The notes beneath the pieces are model-generated. The model did no database searches. It was given only the letters and a program-made list of their open reading frames with translations, and was not told the origin of the DNA. A stretch of DNA of 60,159 nucleotides, filler included. It is 4 parts of 4 records of this genome, joined end to end, with 100 filler letters (N's around TTAATTAATTAA, not from the genome) between each part and the next. Parts side by side here need not be neighbours in the genome. Positions count along the whole stretch, not along the records: positions 11,187 to 25,993 come from DRR723986_5883; positions 26,094 to 36,185 come from DRR723986_5890; 2 more parts are not named here. One strand, given 5' to 3'. How positions within the stretch are numbered: the stretch's first letter is position 1; every line of letters starts with the position of its first letter. The position numbers were made by a program, and so were the translations under genes. This document shows positions 17,028 through 26,997 of the stretch, piece by piece.

Positions 17028-20000
17028 TTAGCCGGCAGTTTCTGCAGCCCGCTTGGCTTCGCTTTCCTCATTGCGCACCCGAATGCGATTGCGGAAGCGC
17101 CACCACTTGATCTGAAAAACAGTGACCAATTGGTACATTGACGGCACAAAGATCAGCGTCAAAATTGTTGAAATGAACAATCCAAAGATGATCGCATATG
17201 CCATCGGCTCCCAGAATGCCGTGTTATCGCCACCCAGGTAGAAGTTCGGATTAAATTCTGCAAGCAGCGTTGCAAAATCGATGTTAAGTCCGATTGCAAG
17301 CGGTATCAGTCCCAGCATGGTTGTGATAGCCGTCAGCAAGACAGGAGTAAAACGCGTCTTACCGGCATCAATAATCGAACGGCGAATCCCGAGCCCGGCC
17401 TTACGGCGTATGTCCGTAAAGTCAATCAAGAGAATACCGTTGTTGACCACAATCCCAGCAAGCGACACGATTCCAACACCGGACATAACAACCGAAAAGG
17501 TTAATCCGGCAAAGATGAAGCCAATAAACACACCAAGTGTACTAAACAGTACAGTTGACATGATTATCAATGATTTCAGAAGCGAGTTAAACTGCGTCAC
17601 CAGAATAAAGGTCACGAGCAGAATCGCAATCAGGCCCGCCATACCCAAAAATGCAGCGGTTTCAGCCTGATCTTCCTGTTCACCACCAAAGCCGAGTTCG
17701 TAGCCGGCGGGCATTTCAAAGTCCTGCATGGCGCTGCGGATGTTCGCATTAATCTCGTTGGCCGTATACCCTGTTAACACATTGCTCGAAAGCGTCACAA
17801 CGCGTTTAAGGTTCTTCCGGCTGATGCCGCCGTAGGTATTGTTAAAATACACATCGGCAATCGATGTCAGCGGTACTTCCCGGAAGTTCGGCCCATCTTT
17901 CCAGCGGATCTTGAGGTTCATCATCGCCGTCAGGTCCTGGCGATAGCGCTCTTCCAGACGCAGCTGAATTGGGTATTCATCCTCGCCGGCGCGGAACTGC
18001 GTGATTTCAAAGCCGTAGAGTGCCGTCCGCAACAGTTGACCAATCTGCGAGCTTGAAATACCTTCGCGGTTCGCTTTTTCGCGGTCAATGTTAACAACAA
18101 TTTCCGGTTTGTTTGTCACTAGGTCAGATTTGAGTTCTTCAATACCTTTGATTTTGAGTGAGTCGATCAGGTAGCGTTTAACACGCGCTTCCAAAGCGAT
18201 CAGTCCATCAAAGTCTTCACCCGCAAGTTCAAGCTGAATCGGTTTACCGGTTGGTGGACCATTCTGCTCTTTGCTGACGGTAATCTGTGCACCCGGCACA
18301 GAAGTGATTTCCTCGCGAATTGCATCCAGGATTTCCTGTGTGGAACGCCCGGCACGCTTTTTATATTCTACGAAGTCAACCGTCACACGTCCTTTATGTG
18401 GCGTGGGCGAACGATCGGGGTTATTCGGCTCACCGGCTCCAATCCCAACGTTGGAGATTACCGACTTAACAATTGGGTCGTCCTCTCCAACAATACTGAT
18501 GATGCGGTTTTCAATCGATCGCGTCAATGAATCCGTAACTTCAACGCGCGTGCCTTCCGGCATTTGGATGAAGGTGAAGATTTGGTTCGGTTGGCCTTCC
18601 GGGAAGAATACTACCGGAGGTGCCGCTACGATCATCAGGCCAATTGTAAAGAACAGGAGGCCACCTGCAGCACCGCCAACCAGCCAGGGCCGCGCACCTT
18701 TGAGGACAAAACGCAACGTCGCAACATAGGCACTGATCAACCCGGGAACAATGCGTTCCTGGAAGCCTTTGATCAGGACCGGAGTCAGGAACACTTTGTT
18801 AAGTATTACTAATGCAATCGCCAGCAGGAAGAGGTTCCCCATGACTGCCGATCCGGCCGAATGTGCTATGAGGCTTAGGAATATGCAGAAGCCCGCGAAT
18901 ACAGCGATTCCCGTCCAGCCTTTGCGTTTCTTATCCTCCGCCATAAACTGCACGGCGAATACCGGATTAATTACAAAAGCCACAAACAATGATGCTGCCA
19001 GTGTAATAATCAGGATCGCAGGAATATAGACCATGAACTCACCAACCATTCCCGGCCAGAATAGCAGGGGAACGAATGGTCCCAGTGTCGTCAGTGTTCC
19101 GGCCAGAACCGGTCCAAACACTTCACCGGCGGCATACTTGGCCGAGTCGGTAATTTTTATCCGCTCTACCGTATAGAGGCGGTAGGTGTTCTCAATTACA
19201 ACAATTGCGTTGTCCACGATGATCCCCAAGGCCAGGAGAAACGAGAACGTCACAACGATGTTAAACGAGAAGTCCAGCACCGGCATGAGTGTAAACGAAA
19301 GGGCTGATGACAGTGGCACCGCAAGGCCAACAAAGATGGCATTGCGCACGCCCATAAAGAACATCAGTACGATAACCACCAGAATAAAACCAATCAAAAC
19401 ACTGTTTAACAACTCAGAAAGGTTGTTGCGTGTGTTAATCGAAAGGTCATTGGTTTTGTTAAGAACCAGCGATTCCGGAAAGCTCGTGGCGCGCATCTCA
19501 GCGATAATCTCATCAATCTTCTCGGCAGCACTGATCAGGTTCTCACCGCTCTTTTTAATCACAAGCAGTGAAATAACCGGTTTGCGATCCAGGCGCGAGA
19601 AACTAATGGCGTCGGCAAAGGTGTTTTCTACCGTTGCGATGTCACGCAGGTAAACTTTGACGCCTTCAGCCGAAACGATGATATCTTCGATATCTTGCAT
19701 GTCTTTGAACTCACCAACCACTCGCAGTGAGCGGCTCAGTTCACGCAGCTTGATATCACCACCAGAGAGGTTAACGTTTTCATTGCTCACCGCACGACTG
19801 ATGTCGTTAAAGGTGATGCCTGCAGCCTGCATCTTGTACAGGTCCACGTTAATCTGAACTTCATTCTCAGGAGCACCGATAATGTCAACGCGTGTAATTT
19901 CCGTCAGTGACTCAATCGCGTCCTGCAGGTCTTCAGCGTATTTTTTGAGCTTGTCCAGATCGAAGTCGCCGGCCACGTTAATTGACATGATCGGCATTTC

Positions 20001-20420
20001 CGAAAAGTCGACTTCCTGGACGGTTGGTTCCTTGTCCAGGTCATTCGGCAGTTCGGTTTTGGCTTTATCGACGGCGTCCTGCACACGCTGTTTGGCGACT
20101 GAGGGTTCGACGTCGGTGAGAAATTCAATCGTCAGGATCGAAACATCCTGAACTGATTCCGAATTGATTTTTTTAACGCCGGCAATCGATTTTAGCTCTT
20201 TTTCGATCGGCCGGGTAATAAGGTTCTCGATATCTTCAGGCGAAGTGCCTTGATAGACCGTGTTAATGTATATCGTTGGAATAACGATATCCGGGAACTG
20301 CGCCTTTGGCAGAGCCTGATAGGTCAGGATCCCGCCAAGCGTAATCAAGATCGTCAGCATAAATACACTGACGCGATTGTCTACGGCCCAACTCGTCGGC
20401 TTAAAAACGGATTTCAGCAT
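17028..20420 (-). CDS. RND efflux transporter permease (AcrB/AcrD/AcrF family)
   Basis: 1130 aa with two large periplasmic loops. IIVDNAIVVIEN, GIVVNNGILL and TRFTPVLLTAITT motifs. Confidence 0.95.
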   Translation of the reverse strand: MLKSVFKPTSWAVDNRVSVFMLTILITLGGILTYQALPKAQFPDIVIPTIYINTVYQGTSPEDIENLITRPIEKELKSIAGVKKINSESVQDVSILTIEFLTDVEPSVAKQRVQDAVDKAKTELPNDLDKEPTVQEVDFSEMPIMSINVAGDFDLDKLKKYAEDLQDAIESLTEITRVDIIGAPENEVQINVDLYKMQAAGITFNDISRAVSNENVNLSGGDIKLRELSRSLRVVGEFKDMQDIEDIIVSAEGVKVYLRDIATVENTFADAISFSRLDRKPVISLLVIKKSGENLISAAEKIDEIIAEMRATSFPESLVLNKTNDLSINTRNNLSELLNSVLIGFILVVIVLMFFMGVRNAIFVGLAVPLSSALSFTLMPVLDFSFNIVVTFSFLLALGIIVDNAIVVIENTYRLYTVERIKITDSAKYAAGEVFGPVLAGTLTTLGPFVPLLFWPGMVGEFMVYIPAILIITLAASLFVAFVINPVFAVQFMAEDKKRKGWTGIAVFAGFCIFLSLIAHSAGSAVMGNLFLLAIALVILNKVFLTPVLIKGFQERIVPGLISAYVATLRFVLKGARPWLVGGAAGGLLFFTIGLMIVAAPPVVFFPEGQPNQIFTFIQMPEGTRVEVTDSLTRSIENRIISIVGEDDPIVKSVISNVGIGAGEPNNPDRSPTPHKGRVTVDFVEYKKRAGRSTQEILDAIREEITSVPGAQITVSKEQNGPPTGKPIQLELAGEDFDGLIALEARVKRYLIDSLKIKGIEELKSDLVTNKPEIVVNIDREKANREGISSSQIGQLLRTALYGFEITQFRAGEDEYPIQLRLEERYRQDLTAMMNLKIRWKDGPNFREVPLTSIADVYFNNTYGGISRKNLKRVVTLSSNVLTGYTANEINANIRSAMQDFEMPAGYELGFGGEQEDQAETAAFLGMAGLIAILLVTFILVTQFNSLLKSLIIMSTVLFSTLGVFIGFIFAGLTFSVVMSGVGIVSLAGIVVNNGILLIDFTDIRRKAGLGIRRSIIDAGKTRFTPVLLTAITTMLGLIPLAIGLNIDFATLLAEFNPNFYLGGDNTAFWEPMAYAIIFGLFISTILTLIFVPSMYQLVTVFQIKWWRFRNRIRVRNEESEAKRAAETAG

Positions 20421-20481
20421 GAGAAATCACCAGGTTAAGTAGCTGGAACAGATTTCGGGCGCCACAAGCGGCACACCGAGC

Positions 20482-21651
20482 TTATTGCGGGTCAACTAAA
20501 ACGCCATCGGCAAGATTTTGAAATCCAACCGTTACCAGATCTTCACCCGATTGTAATCCTTGGCTTACTTCGATAGCACTGGCATATGCCAGGCCGGTTT
20601 CAACAATGCGTCGCTCAGCGATAAACCTGTCGCCGCTCGGTTTAACAACGTAGACAAACTGCTCATCCTTAAACCGCTGAATTGCGTTGACCGGAGCTAC
20701 CAATACACTGTCCAGCGTACGGTCATTCAGGCGCACACGGCAAGACATGTTGGGCCTGATCATGGAGTTTGTGCCGCGCAGGTTAACAACGACATTAAAC
20801 GTACGGTCTGAAGCGTTGATGGCCTCACTGATAGAGCTTATACGTGTTGTAATTGTATCCTGAGCCAGCTGCGGAAAGTGCAATTTTACTTCGTCGCCGG
20901 TTTTCAAGTAGGCGCGGAAACGCTCAGAGACTGCCGCTTCAACTTTCAGTTCTCGCAGGCTAACAACCTGGAAAGCCGGCATACCCGGTGCAATTGCTTC
21001 ACCCAGTCGTAACATGACTTTGTCTACCACACCACTGAATGGTGCGCGGATTGTCATGTCATTAATCTGCTGAGTTAAAGTTTGAATGCGGCGTTCAATA
21101 GTTTTGACATCGTTTTCGGCTTTCAGGTACTCGATTTCAGAACCCACTTTTTGTTCCCAGACGCGTTTGCGTTTGGCGTACACAGTCTTGGCAAATTCAA
21201 GTTGTGTATTGGATTCATCCAGCTGGCGCTGCATGAGCGACACATCGAGTTGTGCAAGTACCTGGTTCTCAGTGACGCGGTCGCCTTCATTAACTTTAAC
21301 ATTTGTGACCAGGCCCGACTGGCGGGAGCTGATCATTACGTTTAAGTCTGAAGTTACGGTCCCAAGCACATCAACGTAGTGTGTTAAGGTCCTGGGTTCC
21401 AAACGCGTTGTGTGTACAGGAACGATGCGCAAATTCTCCTCGCCGGAGAGTTCTTCAAGCTGCGCTTGGAGCACATCGATTTGCGACTGAATCTCTTGGC
21501 GTTGTGACTTCAGGCCTTCAAGTTTGGCTGAAATATTTGCCTCACCATCTGGCTCGGCTGAGCCACAAGAACTAATGAGAACAACGCACAGACTCGTCAA
21601 GATCACCGCAATGAGTCCGCTTCGTATAGATTGCATGGCTGTGTTCACCAT
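20482..21651 (-). CDS. RND efflux periplasmic adaptor (membrane fusion protein), lipoprotein; start uncertain (21651/21636)
   Basis: Lipobox LISSC, VNEGDRV lipoyl half-motif, IRAPFSGVV, coiled hairpin. Confidence 0.9.
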   Translation of the reverse strand: MVNTAMQSIRSGLIAVILTSLCVVLISSCGSAEPDGEANISAKLEGLKSQRQEIQSQIDVLQAQLEELSGEENLRIVPVHTTRLEPRTLTHYVDVLGTVTSDLNVMISSRQSGLVTNVKVNEGDRVTENQVLAQLDVSLMQRQLDESNTQLEFAKTVYAKRKRVWEQKVGSEIEYLKAENDVKTIERRIQTLTQQINDMTIRAPFSGVVDKVMLRLGEAIAPGMPAFQVVSLRELKVEAAVSERFRAYLKTGDEVKLHFPQLAQDTITTRISSISEAINASDRTFNVVVNLRGTNSMIRPNMSCRVRLNDRTLDSVLVAPVNAIQRFKDEQFVYVVKPSGDRFIAERRIVETGLAYASAIEVSQGLQSGEDLVTVGFQNLADGVLVDPQ

Positions 21652-21689
21652 ATATCGTGAGTAAAACGTAGTATCGTATTGTATGTCCG

Positions 21690-22352
21690 TCAAGGCGCCG
21701 GTTTGAAGCTGTGAAGCAGGCCCTTAACAATGTCACAGGCTAACTGCTCTGCGTCAACCGGTCCCAACACATCGTGTTGTTTATTTTTGCAGTGGATCGT
21801 GGCGCCACTTAGAGATGCCCAGATCATGCGCATGGAATAAGCTGCATCCAGGTCTGCCCGAAACAATCCTTCGCGTTTGCCCTGTTCAAGCAAAGCAACC
21901 GATTTTGTAAACTCGGCTGTTTCCTGATCGTTCAGACGCTGCAGGTTCTCGTGATCCACACGCTCGTGGATATCACGCATATCACCGGCCGTCACGGTCG
22001 AAAAGATCGTGAAGTAGTCCTGATGTTCCTGCGAAAAGCGATGGAATGTACTTGCAATCGCAATGATTTTCGATTCAATATCCGTCGCTGCTTCCACAGA
22101 AGTATCAATCATGTCGGCCAGAATCTTCATCCCGTCGCCAATCAGCGAAACGTAGAGGTCTTCCTTGTTCTTGAAGTACAGGTACAGCGTTCCCTTGGCC
22201 AGCTGACTACCTTCGGCAATCATGTCCATTGAAGCGTGTTTAAACCCGTGTGCAAAGAAAACTCCCTTGGCGGCCTCCAGGATTTCCCGGCGGCGACGTT
22301 CCTTGTCTCGCAGGCGGCGTTGTTTCGTGCCTTCTTTGGCTTTGCTTGTCAT
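21690..22352 (-). CDS. TetR/AcrR family transcriptional regulator
   Basis: RREILEAAKGVFFAHGFKHASMDMIAEGSQLAKGTLYLYFKNKEDL HTH. ATGA coupling with tolC. Confidence 0.95.
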   Translation of the reverse strand: MTSKAKEGTKQRRLRDKERRRREILEAAKGVFFAHGFKHASMDMIAEGSQLAKGTLYLYFKNKEDLYVSLIGDGMKILADMIDTSVEAATDIESKIIAIASTFHRFSQEHQDYFTIFSTVTAGDMRDIHERVDHENLQRLNDQETAEFTKSVALLEQGKREGLFRADLDAAYSMRMIWASLSGATIHCKNKQHDVLGPVDAEQLACDIVKGLLHSFKPAP

Positions 22353-23821
22353 TCTTCAGCAACCACCATTTCCACGTAGCGTTCGTCTATGACGCCGCTT
22401 AACATTTCCAACTCAGCCAGGGCGGCCATATAGTCGTAAATGTATTGGAGGCGGTTTAACTTGGCCTGGCGGAGGGCTTCTTCCGAATCGTTGACTTCCA
22501 CCTGGCTTCCCAGGCCTTCAGTATAGCGCGCACGGGAAATATCGTAGCCGCGTTGCGCCTGAGCAATTGTGCGGTCCTGTGCGTTGATTGTTAACATCGC
22601 CGTACGTATGCGGCCCGTCACGTTTTCAATGCGACCGTTAACCGATTTGCGTGCCAGAGCTTCCTGCTCACGTGCGCGCATTTCATCTACCTCAGCTTGT
22701 TCCACCCGCGAAGAGCTTCTGAAGCCGTTAAACAGATTGTAGCGCAGTTCCAACCCAACCGAGGCCGCTTTGGCAGTCTGAATACTGAAGCTGTCACCCT
22801 GTCCATCAATCGAGTAGTTGCCGAACAATTCGACTGTCGGCAGAAACTCAGAGCGATAGACATCAATAACTTGCCCATTAAATTCTACCTGCTTGCGGAG
22901 CGCCTGCAAGTCGTAATTGCGGTTGCCCGCATCAGTCTGCAGAGCTTCCAGGCCCACATTCGGCGCCAAGGTTGAGTCATAGACAAAGGCATCTGAGAGC
23001 TCAATGTCTTCCTGTGGATCCAATCCCAGAATGACTTTCAGATTGTTGCGCGCGTCAGTAAAACGGTTGCGGTTTGTTGCTACGGCGGGGCGTAGGTTGG
23101 CTGCCTGTACTTCGGAGCGAATCGCGTCGAATTCCGAAACCAGGCCTTCCTGGAACAGGATGTTGACTTCGCGAAAGTTCGCCTCTGCATTGTCCAGGCT
23201 GCTTTGTGAAACCTGCAGAAACTCGCGCGCCAGCAAAGCGCCATAGTAAGCATTGCGCACATCCAGCACGGTCATCCCGATTTTGGAGCGCAATTGCTGC
23301 CGTGATATCTGTGCAAAGGTTTTGGACGTGCCCACTCCGTTAAAGACTGCCGCATTGAAAATTGGCTGGCGCAGGCTCAGGCGTGTGTTGATCGCATTGT
23401 CCGATCCCGCTGGAATCGCTACAATCGGTGCATTGTCAAACGTCACTTCCGGATCTGTCAGCACTGCCAACAAATCGGGAAAAAAGACATTTGGGATTTG
23501 CACGTTGCGCGTGTAGCTGGCCGAAAGGTCCAGTGTTGGCAGGGCATTCCCAAGGGCTTCCGATACTTGCGCATCGGCCTTGCGTACATCCAGTGCCACC
23601 GACTGTAATTCGTGATTGTTGCTGATGGCTGTTTCTATCGCTTCCTGAAGAGAGAGGTTGCGCGCTTGCGCAAGCATACTCACAGGTTGCGTCAGGCACA
23701 GTGCCACCATTAGGATAGTGCAGACCAATGCCGCGTACAGCACAGACTGCCCTGCCTGATCCGGACGTTTTCGGGTCCGGACAGGACTGAATGATCGAAA
23801 ATTCCGATGCATATGCATCAT
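22349..23821 (-). CDS. TolC-family outer-membrane efflux protein; start uncertain (23821-23812)
   Basis: LSLQEAIETAISNN, LPTLDLSASY, two OEP repeats, RYTEGL, preceded by a signal-like segment. Confidence 0.9.
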   Translation of the reverse strand: MMHMHRNFRSFSPVRTRKRPDQAGQSVLYAALVCTILMVALCLTQPVSMLAQARNLSLQEAIETAISNNHELQSVALDVRKADAQVSEALGNALPTLDLSASYTRNVQIPNVFFPDLLAVLTDPEVTFDNAPIVAIPAGSDNAINTRLSLRQPIFNAAVFNGVGTSKTFAQISRQQLRSKIGMTVLDVRNAYYGALLAREFLQVSQSSLDNAEANFREVNILFQEGLVSEFDAIRSEVQAANLRPAVATNRNRFTDARNNLKVILGLDPQEDIELSDAFVYDSTLAPNVGLEALQTDAGNRNYDLQALRKQVEFNGQVIDVYRSEFLPTVELFGNYSIDGQGDSFSIQTAKAASVGLELRYNLFNGFRSSSRVEQAEVDEMRAREQEALARKSVNGRIENVTGRIRTAMLTINAQDRTIAQAQRGYDISRARYTEGLGSQVEVNDSEEALRQAKLNRLQYIYDYMAALAELEMLSGVIDERYVEMVVAEE

Positions 23822-23846
23822 CGTCACCGCGAGTTGATGTGGAAAT

Positions 23847-23909
23847 TGACTGCTGGTCAGTAATCGACCAAAGGAATTATTCTGACTGCTGGTCATTTTA
23901 TGACTGGCA
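23847..23909. promoter_or_regulatory. Candidate TetR operator array: TGACTGCTGGTCA x2 plus an overlapping GTCAT-ttt-ATGAC dyad
   Basis: Identical 13-mers (TGAC-N5-GTCA dyad) at 23847-23859 and 23883-23895, just upstream of the efflux operon. Confidence 0.7.
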
Positions 23910-24100
23910 ATTGTAGTTTGCTGCGGGCGCTCTTATGCGACCAAAGGGTTTTACAGCAGGATCAAATTTGCAAAAAGCGTAGAGTCGAGGAGAGATGGTT
24001 GACACAGCCGGGCAGGAGAGGAAAGAGAGAGGACCCAACTGTGAAATCCGCAGTATTGACGTCTACGTTCGACGTCTATTGCACATAGATTGAGAAAAAA

Positions 24101-25333
24101 CTAAAAATTCGGTGAGAATCTGATCATGACCCGATTTGAAGCCAATCCTTGCTCATCACCACTGATCGCTCCAACGTAAGCCACAAGCCAGACCGCGTTG
24201 CGACTTCCAAGGCCAATGCCTCCGGAAACCGCCCAGGTATCTGTCCCCGCTGCCGTCGAAGTACGGTTTTCAAATGCCCAACCTTTATACAAAGGTATGT
24301 CCGGGCTCACCTGCCCGACGATTCCGACGTCGAACAACACAACCAGAGCCAGTTCTCTCCAAAAAGTTTCATCTTCGATCAGTCGGGCGCGCAGCAACAT
24401 TTCGGTATTACTCAACAGCATGCGATTGCCACTTAAACTGTTCGTCTCCCAGGCCGGCAAACTGCCGCGTCCTCCCAGACTGAAGGTCTGCGGAAAAGTG
24501 TGCTCCGTGCTACTTCCAACGCGCACGCGTGTGTGAATTGCCAGATAGTCCGTTGGTAAATACGCAGCCAGTTCGGCTTCAAACCTATCGGTAGGTTGGC
24601 CGCTTAAGTTTCGATCGTAACTTAACATAAAACGCCAGCCACTGCGATATCCGTACAAATTTGTCACATTCTCAAACCCGACCTCCAGGTGCAAAAATGT
24701 TAATCGCTGGTTGTTCAGTTCTAGCGTGGGGTTAACACGCGCAGCTCCACTCGCTCCAAAGAGTGACCAGCGCAGCTGGGTGTTAAGTGACTGCCATTTT
24801 TCTCTGCGACTGCTTGCACCAACGCTCCAATGTCTTCCGAGTTGCTGCTGAACGCCAACCTCAAAGCCCGCTCGCCGCCAATAGTTGAACTCGTCATTCG
24901 CATTCATTAACACTAGGGTTGAGTTGTCTAAAGGCGCACTTTTCCACCGATCGTGACTGGCTGTAAATGCATAGACCTGGAAAAATAGGTCGGTGTTAAG
25001 TGCGTCCCAGTCGGGGCTTAACGATAGACCGGCAACTCCCTGGAATTTCTGCGAGCTGAAGCTATAAGCACCTGCCGCTTTAATCTGTATCTTCTGTGGT
25101 AGCACATTCAGACCTGTGAACTCGTTCGAGCCAAGAGCCAAAACTGGTCCGTCAACTCTGTTTACACTTAACAACTGTGTCAGATGTCGACTCTCCAGCT
25201 GCTGCAGCGTTTGTGCAAGTAGCGATTGGCAAGGCAAAATCAGCGCCACTAATATGATGACGGCCCAAAGTTTGTGCGGTATGTTTAAGTACTCGTCCAT
25301 TAACATTTTGGTTTTCTGGGCACTGCCTTTCAT
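24101..25333 (-). CDS. Putative outer-membrane beta-barrel protein (Omp85/BamA-TamA-like C-terminal barrel)
   Basis: Signal peptide, alternating beta-strand pattern, FSLGGRGSLPAW...GNRMLL loop motif, C-terminal Phe. Confidence 0.6.
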   Translation of the reverse strand: MKGSAQKTKMLMDEYLNIPHKLWAVIILVALILPCQSLLAQTLQQLESRHLTQLLSVNRVDGPVLALGSNEFTGLNVLPQKIQIKAAGAYSFSSQKFQGVAGLSLSPDWDALNTDLFFQVYAFTASHDRWKSAPLDNSTLVLMNANDEFNYWRRAGFEVGVQQQLGRHWSVGASSRREKWQSLNTQLRWSLFGASGAARVNPTLELNNQRLTFLHLEVGFENVTNLYGYRSGWRFMLSYDRNLSGQPTDRFEAELAAYLPTDYLAIHTRVRVGSSTEHTFPQTFSLGGRGSLPAWETNSLSGNRMLLSNTEMLLRARLIEDETFWRELALVVLFDVGIVGQVSPDIPLYKGWAFENRTSTAAGTDTWAVSGGIGLGSRNAVWLVAYVGAISGDEQGLASNRVMIRFSPNF

Positions 25334-25993
25334 ACTTGCTGCCTGGTCCGGTGCTTTCAGGTCTACTATGCATGATTTTAGGTTGCGTGACTAATTGGAT
25401 TCAGGCATTCGGCACGGACAAAGGAAGTTTCGTATTTGCATTCCACAAAATACACTATCCTTTACAATTAGGACAATTGATTCCAAATTCTATGTTTGGC
25501 AAGCCAGGCTCCAAATGAACAGTCCAGGGCGCTGTACAGTTGTTTCACAGCCTGGTGTATCACTTGTGCCACGAGCTTGACTGTGTATTAAATGACTTTC
25601 TGAGAAGAGCGTTTCGCCCTTGCGCCTGCGGCTTATGGCTTACTTTTTTCTTTTTGTTAGTTGTGGATTCATTAGTAGCCGGCTCTTGGGACTCAAATCC
25701 ATACAAGCCAGTCCAAAGATCGATGCACATAATATGCAGTCTGCAGGCCGAGGGGGCTGTGTGCCTGTACATGCCAAAAGCAGAGTTAGCGACAGGTATG
25801 CTTGTCCACAGAGTCTCAATTACGCACATGCCCGCGCCGAAAGCTGTAAACTGCTTTAATGATCTGTGGATCTGCTTGGTGACTTCCCTTATCCTTCTGT
25901 TTCGCTGTTCGCTTGGGGAAGTGGGGTCGGGTATATTAAGCCTTGTCAAGATGGCATTGCTTTGACGCACCGGTCCCCGGGGCGAGAATTTAG

Positions 25994-26093
25994 NNNNNNN
26001 NNNNNNNNNNNNNNNNNNNNNNNNNNNNNNNNNNNNNTTAATTAATTAANNNNNNNNNNNNNNNNNNNNNNNNNNNNNNNNNNNNNNNNNNNN
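25994..26093. other. Artificial contig linker
   Basis: N44-TTAATTAATTAA-N44. Confidence 0.97.
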
Positions 26094-26100
26094 GGGGGGG

Positions 26101-26145
26101 GGCGGACCGTCGACGGTCCGCCTTGGCGCTCGGTCGACCGAGCGC
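26101..26145. repeat. Twin perfect palindromes centred on GTCGAC (REP-like element, copy 1)
   Basis: GGCGGACCGTCGACGGTCCGCC (26101-26122) and GCGCTCGGTCGACCGAGCGC (26126-26145). Confidence 0.85.
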
Positions 26146-26162
26146 TTCGCCAAGCCTGCCCC

Positions 26163-26930
26163 TTAGCGATCCTGCTCATGCGCGTAGCGCAGTTTGGCAA
26201 TCTCTTCGTTCTTGGCGATCTTCTGTTGCAGGTCCAGCGCCTCCTCCACGAAGGTCAGGTGGACATTCACCGCCGCTCGCGCGGCGTCGGGGTCGCGGGC
26301 CTGGATGGCGTCGTTGATGGCGCGGTGATGGTCCAGCAGGATGTCGCGGGTATTGCGCTGCTTGAACATGACCTGCCGGTTGTAGAATACGCCCTCTTTC
26401 AGCAGATCGAACATCGACCGCATCATGTGCAGCATGATCACGTTATGGCTGGCCTCGATGATCGCCAGATGGAACTGCGCATCCAGTTCCGCCTCATCCG
26501 CCGGGTTTCGCTTGGTATGGGCCTGCTCCATCTTGTGCAGGATGGTGTCGATCACCTTCAGGTCGGTGTCGGTCCCGGCCTCGGCGGCGCGGGCGGCGGC
26601 GACGCCTTCCAGATCGCGGCGAAAGCCGATGTAATCCAGCACCGCCTGATCATGGGCGGCAAACAGCCGGATGAGCGCCGGGGAAAAGGCGCTGCCCAGA
26701 ACATCGGCCACGTAGATGCCCGCCCCGGCACGGGTGGCCAGCAATCCACGGTCCTGCAATTCGGCAATCGCTTCGCGCAGGCTAGGGCGTGAAACGCCAA
26801 GCCGTTCCGATAGCTCGCGTTCTGACGGCAGGCGTTCGCCGGGGCGCAGGATGCCGCGCAGGATCAACTGCTCGATCTGTCGAACCACCGATTGCGAAAG
26901 TTTCTCGGCGTCGATGCGTTGGAATGGCAT
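26163..26930 (-). CDS. FadR/GntR family regulator (PdhR/LldR/GlcC-like, FCD domain)
   Basis: LRPGERLPSERELSERLGVSRPSLREA HTH. FCD motifs DAQFHLAIIEASHN and HHRAINDAI. Confidence 0.93.
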   Translation of the reverse strand: MPFQRIDAEKLSQSVVRQIEQLILRGILRPGERLPSERELSERLGVSRPSLREAIAELQDRGLLATRAGAGIYVADVLGSAFSPALIRLFAAHDQAVLDYIGFRRDLEGVAAARAAEAGTDTDLKVIDTILHKMEQAHTKRNPADEAELDAQFHLAIIEASHNVIMLHMMRSMFDLLKEGVFYNRQVMFKQRNTRDILLDHHRAINDAIQARDPDAARAAVNVHLTFVEEALDLQQKIAKNEEIAKLRYAHEQDR

Positions 26931-26940
26931 ATCTGGACCT

Positions 26941-26977
26941 CCCTCTGATTGGTCAGGTTAAATGACCAGATCGAGGG
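26941..26977. promoter_or_regulatory. Candidate FadR/GntR autoregulatory operator TGGTCA-N7-TGACCA within a longer imperfect palindrome
   Basis: CCCTC-TGAT-TGGTCA-ggttaaa-TGACCA-GATC-GAGGG directly upstream of the GntR RBS. Confidence 0.6.
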
Positions 26978-26997
26978 AAGTCCAGTGAAAGCTACCT

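Noticed and set aside
26101-26145. Twin palindromes as a CRISPR array
   Set aside because: No identical direct repeats with unique spacers, and no cas genes.
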